A DNA stretch of 64,000 nt. Origin: the human T2T-CHM13v2.0 reference genome, Homo sapiens. Of the stretch, positions 58,760 to 64,000 are shown piece by piece. Below the pieces are notes generated by a model. That model had not been told where the DNA came from. It did no database searches and saw nothing but the letters and a program-made list of their open reading frames with translations. A program made the position numbers and the translations under genes. Location: NCBI RefSeq assembly GCF_009914755.1, contig NC_060936.1; one strand, written 5' to 3'. Within the stretch, counting starts at the first letter, position 1, and each line of letters opens with the position of its first letter.

Positions 58760-61647
58760 TAAGTTTAAATTTAAATAGCCACATGTAGCTAGTGGCTAAA
58801 TGTACTATTGGACATTGCAGCTCTAGATTGCGAGGTGCTTAAGCGCAAGAACCATTCTACCTTACTCAGCTGTAGAATCCTTTGTACCTAGGATGGTATC
58901 TAAGTAAATCAGTGAAAGAATGGATGAATGAATGAATGAATGAATGAATCGATCAATCAGTGTCTGCAAACTTGCTTTCAAGAAATCATCCTAGAAAGAA
59001 CAGACCTAGAAAAGTCTGATTTGCACAAGGTCACACAAAAAGGCAGAACTGGATGCAAACTCTCAGCCTCCCAAATCTCCTCTATGTGGTGCTGTCCCAG
59101 AGTGGACAGCATGTGAAAAACAATGGTCTTTTGTGGTCTCAAATGAACCACCCCAGAGCTGTGTGAGGGTTCCTTCAAGTGTGAGGAAGGACTGTTTCTT
59201 AGACTCCCTCACTCCCTTTCCCCATTCCCCAACCATGTGAACTACTTAGTGGCTTATAATCTGCTAACACTTGGCCTCCCACGGGACTGAGCCTATTCCA
59301 AAGTCCACTCTTGCCAACCCTCTACAAGGCACTCTGAATTTTTTTTTAGCCATATTGCTCTCGGGAAATCTGCTGCCTGCAATCTGTGCATAATATACGA
59401 AGGGTGTGGTTTAAAAAACATCTAAATCGTGATTTGTAACCCACTCAGATTCATGTGGCCATTCCTTTTAGCTTACTCTTTTTTTAGAAATTGAGGTCAA
59501 CACATTTCAGGGCTAATTTTGACTTCATTCAAATGTCATTTGGGGTTTGCAGATTAAGATTTTGAGGGAGTCCAGTACAGTAAACCTACATATTTTGTTT
59601 ATATAAATGATTTTTCAGATGTAATAATAGTAATAGCTAATATGCATTGAGTGCTTTGTGTCTGCCCAGCATTTGGCATACATTATCTCATTTGATCTTC
59701 ACAATAACCTTATGAATTAAGTACTGTTATGATCCTCATTGTGTAGCTAAGGAAACTGAGTCTCAGAAAGGTTAAGTCACTTGCTTAAAGTCACACAGCC
59801 AGGAAGTGGCATAGTAAGGATTTGAACCCAAGTATGTCTGATTCAAGAGATAATGTACTTAACCAGTACACAATTTGGCCTAATAGATAATATATGTATT
59901 TATGCCTATTAAGCACCAGAAAGAATAATCAAGAAACTTAACTCTGGGGAATAGAACTGGGGTTTGAAAAGAAAGGAGACTTACTCTTTATTCTTGTGCT
60001 TCTCTTTGAACTTTATTTACCTTTATTTATTGGTACATTGTATTATATTCCTATAAAAACCTAAATTTTTACATTTAAATAAGTGAAAACTTCTTATTTT
60101 TGCTTTTTTTAATTAAAGAAGGAATTGTCATGATAATGTCAGGTCTATATATTAGTAGATTAAATATACATGACCCTTTTGCAAAGTTCATATACACATG
60201 AATCTTTGAAAAGTTCACATCCTCTGACATTATTGAAAAATTTATCCCAGGAAAACCACAGTTCCAATAGGTAGTCTAATTCTGAGTACCAAAGTTCACA
60301 TTTCTGATATTAAATTATTTTTTATTGGGGGTAATCATTTTATTTTTGAACATGATATTTATTCTCAATAAAAGTTGTATGTTTTCCTTGGGAAATTTGT
60401 AATCAGACCTTTACATTTTTATGTACTGTTATATCTACGTCTGGATATTATTACTGAACATCCTCTAGCATTTGTGAAATAATGCTGTATTACATAATCA
60501 GATATACTATTTGTGGATCAATTAGTAAAACTTTAAAGCAAATTTTAAATTAATTAAAAATTTTGGTGAAAACTAATTTTACTCTGATTGAAAAGTAAAC
60601 ATTACAATCCCCTTCAGTACTCACAGCCTCAGAGAACTGTATCAGTCACACTAAAAGTCACTTGGGAGAATTCCTCAGTAGATTATAGAAAAAAATAATC
60701 CACCATTTTTAAAATCAAGAAAATACACACACACTAACTATAATTTATCCTTTCTAACAATCCCAAAGGGAATCTACTCTTACCACTCAAATGGCTAGTG
60801 CTTCTAAAAATTAAAACAACCCCTGCCCCACCAATGTTCTTTTTAATGCCCCCTCTCATACTCTTGGAATTTACTTAACAAATCACTATCTGCTTGTGGT
60901 AGGAAAAATCTGTAAGCCCCTCTACAAGGCCCCTGTCCTTTCGGTTGCTTGATATTTCCCCCAGATTCTCAGAGCAAATTTGGTTTTTCTTAAAAATCGC
61001 CATCCTCAAAGCAGTATATTCCTGATGTTCCGACAGTGAGTCTCACTCTAGCTAGCTGCTACAAAAACCTTTCATTCAGAAGAAGGCAAGAGGTTTCACC
61101 GACCGTGCACAGCCCTCTCATTCACACACTTCATAAACAACAGGACTTTGCCCAACCCTCTCCTCTAGGAAGGCATCCCAGTTTTTTTTATCAACCAGTT
61201 TGCAGCATCAGTATCATTCCCTTCCAAAAGACCTTGCAGAAAAATTATGGATTTCACAGCATAGGATTAGGGCTGGAAAGGACCGATGTCATTGCATAGA
61301 CTCACCAATTCTGTCCACATTTCAAAACAGCAGCTAATGCTTTCTTAAAGCTCACATCTGAAAATCCTTTTAGGATTGAGAGCAATTAAAAGGGGAATCA
61401 TAACCCCCGTGGTTCCCCCATAAGGTCCTGACAGATCTGATAAATGGAACTGAGTCAGAGATACAGAGGCTGGGCTGCTGGGGAAAGAAAATGGCTTGTC
61501 TCCTCCAGGCCCTAATTCCTTCCTCTGAAACAGTTCCCTTTAAATTCAAGAAACCATGCAGAGATGTACCCCCCCCCACCCCCCTTGCAGGTTTTCGTTT
61601 TTTAAAAGAAAGCCTGTCTGCCTCTTGCTCGCCCCCATGATACTCAC

Positions 61648-61682
61648 GGCAGCTGCCTTAGCTGGAATAAGTCCTCCTCCAT
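61648..61682 (-). CDS. SVOP: SVOP coding exon 1 (MEEDLFQLRQLP, 35 nt, ends phase 2)
   Basis: ATG at 61682 in strong context (GAC ATG G). Donor CC|GTGAGT at 61647. The peptide matches the SVOP N-terminus as I recall it, and the phase fits exon 2. Confidence 0.95.
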
Positions 61683-61950
61683 GTCCGCGCTGCGCCAGGA
61701 TGAGCCCTTCTCATGGCCCTTACATGGTAGTGGTGGATGACGAGCCCTCCGGTTTTCAGCACCGGGAAGCTGGACAGCACCCGCGCCGCTTCCTCCCTGG
61801 AGCAGCAGCTGTTCGGGGAGGGAGCCGCTGGGGACCAGCCCACGAGACAAAGCCTCCGCCGCCAAGAGACCGCGGCGAGAGTGGGCGGAGAAGAGGAGGC
61901 GGAGGGCAGAGCGAGCTGCGCGGGGAGAGGGGGCAGGGAGAGCCCTTCTG
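61683..61950 (-). promoter_or_regulatory. SVOP: SVOP 5'UTR and GC/CpG-rich proximal promoter
   Basis: Local CpG enrichment and a GC box (GGGCGG at ~61883) directly upstream of the start codon. No TATA box seen. The exact TSS cannot be read from sequence. Confidence 0.75.
61755..61781 (+). promoter_or_regulatory. Non-canonical (split) RE1/NRSE site for REST
   Basis: TTCAGCACC (61755-61763) + 8 nt spacer + GGACAGCACC (61772-61781). Both half-sites match the RE1 consensus; the canonical spacer is 2 nt. Confidence 0.75.
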
Positions 61951-62620
61951 CTTGGAGGAGTTCACAGGCTCTCTGGCTGATGGTGTATCACTGGGATGCC
62001 TATAGGGCACACCAGTCTGTGAAATGGTTGTCCGGGTACCAGTGAGCACCCTTTGATTGACGATGCGTGTCTAAATGTTTATTTGCGTGGATTCATTAAT
62101 GTTATCCGTATAACACTCTTGAAACCCAGGCTGCTGTAACAAATACAGGCATGCATTTAAGTACGGTTTACTGAGCACCTATGTGCCAGGCACTGTAATA
62201 GGCACTGGGGGTATGACAGAACAAATTCGACCTGTCATTGTCATCGTGGAGCTAAGGGTCTAGTGAAATGAATCAAGAAAAGAAAAATGTAAATTAGGTA
62301 TGAGAAGGCCAAAGATCACTCATTCTTTCAACAAGCGTTATTGGGTGAATTCTACAGCCCTGACCCTGGGGAATAAAAACATGAGTAAAATAAAGTCTCT
62401 GCCTTCAAGATCCTAGATAGTTTAATGGTTCCCCTAAGCCACCTCTCACTAGAATTTCTGACCCCTTTAGAACTTAAGCTCCATGAGGTTTCACTGATGT
62501 GTCCCAAGTACTAGAACAGTGTCTGGCACATAGAAGGTACCCCATAAATATTTGTTGAATAAATGGTTCTCAGTTCAGGCTGCATATAAGAATTGCCTGG
62601 CTCCATTTCAAACCAATTGA

Positions 62621-62983
<363 letters not shown>

Positions 62984-64000
62984 TAAAAGCTCCCCAGCAC
63001 CATGAAGTGGAAACCCCTGATCAAGTGTGAACAAATGAAAAGAAAAGCTGGAAAATTATACAACAGAAAACTACTAAGATGATCCATGATGGCAACTGGC
63101 AAAAGCTATGAGAATGACCGTTGAATGGACACTTACAAGGAACTAAAGGAAGAAGGAAACATTTTTTTCTTTTTTTCTTTAATTGTTGACAAAGGGTGGG
63201 GGAAGTTGGAAGAGGGAACAAGAAAACCAATCTGAGAACTGAAAACAATCTCACATCGAATCCATAAAAGGACTTGAAAATCCAAAATTGAATGTGTGCC
63301 AGGCACCCGGATATGTACTTCACCATGGTCCCCTTGATCTTTGCAACAATCCTATGAGCAGGTGTGATTTTTATCCTTATTTTGTAAGATGAGGAAACAA
63401 GGCTCAGAGAAGGGTAGATTTGCTTGCACAAGGTCATGAGGACAGGAAAGAGTTGATCTGGACTTAAAACCCCGGCAGTCTATCTCCACAACCTGCGCCC
63501 TTAAATGCTAGGCTTTCTCTGAGTGTCTCAAAAGAAACCATCCATTGCGGGTATAGTAGGAGAAATTGGAACTATTGAAACATTGGATAACTTTAAACAA
63601 ATCTAATGTTGGGAAAACCAATTATACAGTGGTACTCAAGCTCCAATGTATTATTTATCTAGTAAATATTAATGAGCAACAACTATGTGTCTGTCACAAT
63701 GATAGTTTGAACTTATTCATGGCTCCTTCTCACCTCATACTGGAGTCAATCACAAGTTGTCCCACCCACACTTATTTCTAAAGGAATCTCTCCCCCATCC
63801 CTGCTGTGCACTACATTTGGTATCACATGATTCCTGGCCACAGCTGATTGGCTAAGAGGGTGGACACTTATCTAAAGACATCCAATCCAAACACTTGTCA
63901 GTATCCCCATTGTTGCATAGCTGGGAAAGGGAGCTGGACAACCTGGTACCTTTTCGATTATGGATTCAAATGTCTCTGAAGGTTTTTGCTTTAATTACCC

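Noticed and set aside
61683-61865. 61-codon in-frame N-terminal extension of SVOP
   Set aside because: It starts at TTG, not ATG. Open frames are expected in GC-rich leaders, and there is no supporting evidence.
61556-62045. Plus-strand ORFs over the promoter (149 aa, 102 aa)
   Set aside because: GC-rich antisense frames with no recognisable protein features.

Overview
Human genomic DNA; the AluYb8-type segment supports human rather than another ape. The window holds the 5' part of SVOP (SV2-related synaptic vesicle MFS transporter) on the minus strand: the promoter/5'UTR near 61.7-61.95 kb and coding exons 1-6 (61682 down to 1709). The gene continues beyond the left edge. The introns are dense with Alu, MIR, L2, old L1M and MER elements. 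Intron 1 (~37 kb) contains a full-length but disabled L1PA2-type LINE-1 (~37758-43840, + strand, antisense to SVOP) with an intact antisense ORF0. Intron 2 contains a ~1.6 kb imperfect (CAT/CAC)n array. The most interesting observations are: (1) both L1 ORF0 splice donors are phase-compatible with downstream SVOP exons, predicting in-frame ORF0-SVOP fusion proteins from the L1 antisense promoter; (2) a start-stop uORF plus an overlapping out-of-frame uORF and a split RE1/REST site in the SVOP 5'UTR; (3) a GC-AG intron; (4) several short locally templated duplications and nested-insertion histories. Repeat subfamily calls are by eye, and repeat boundaries are approximate.
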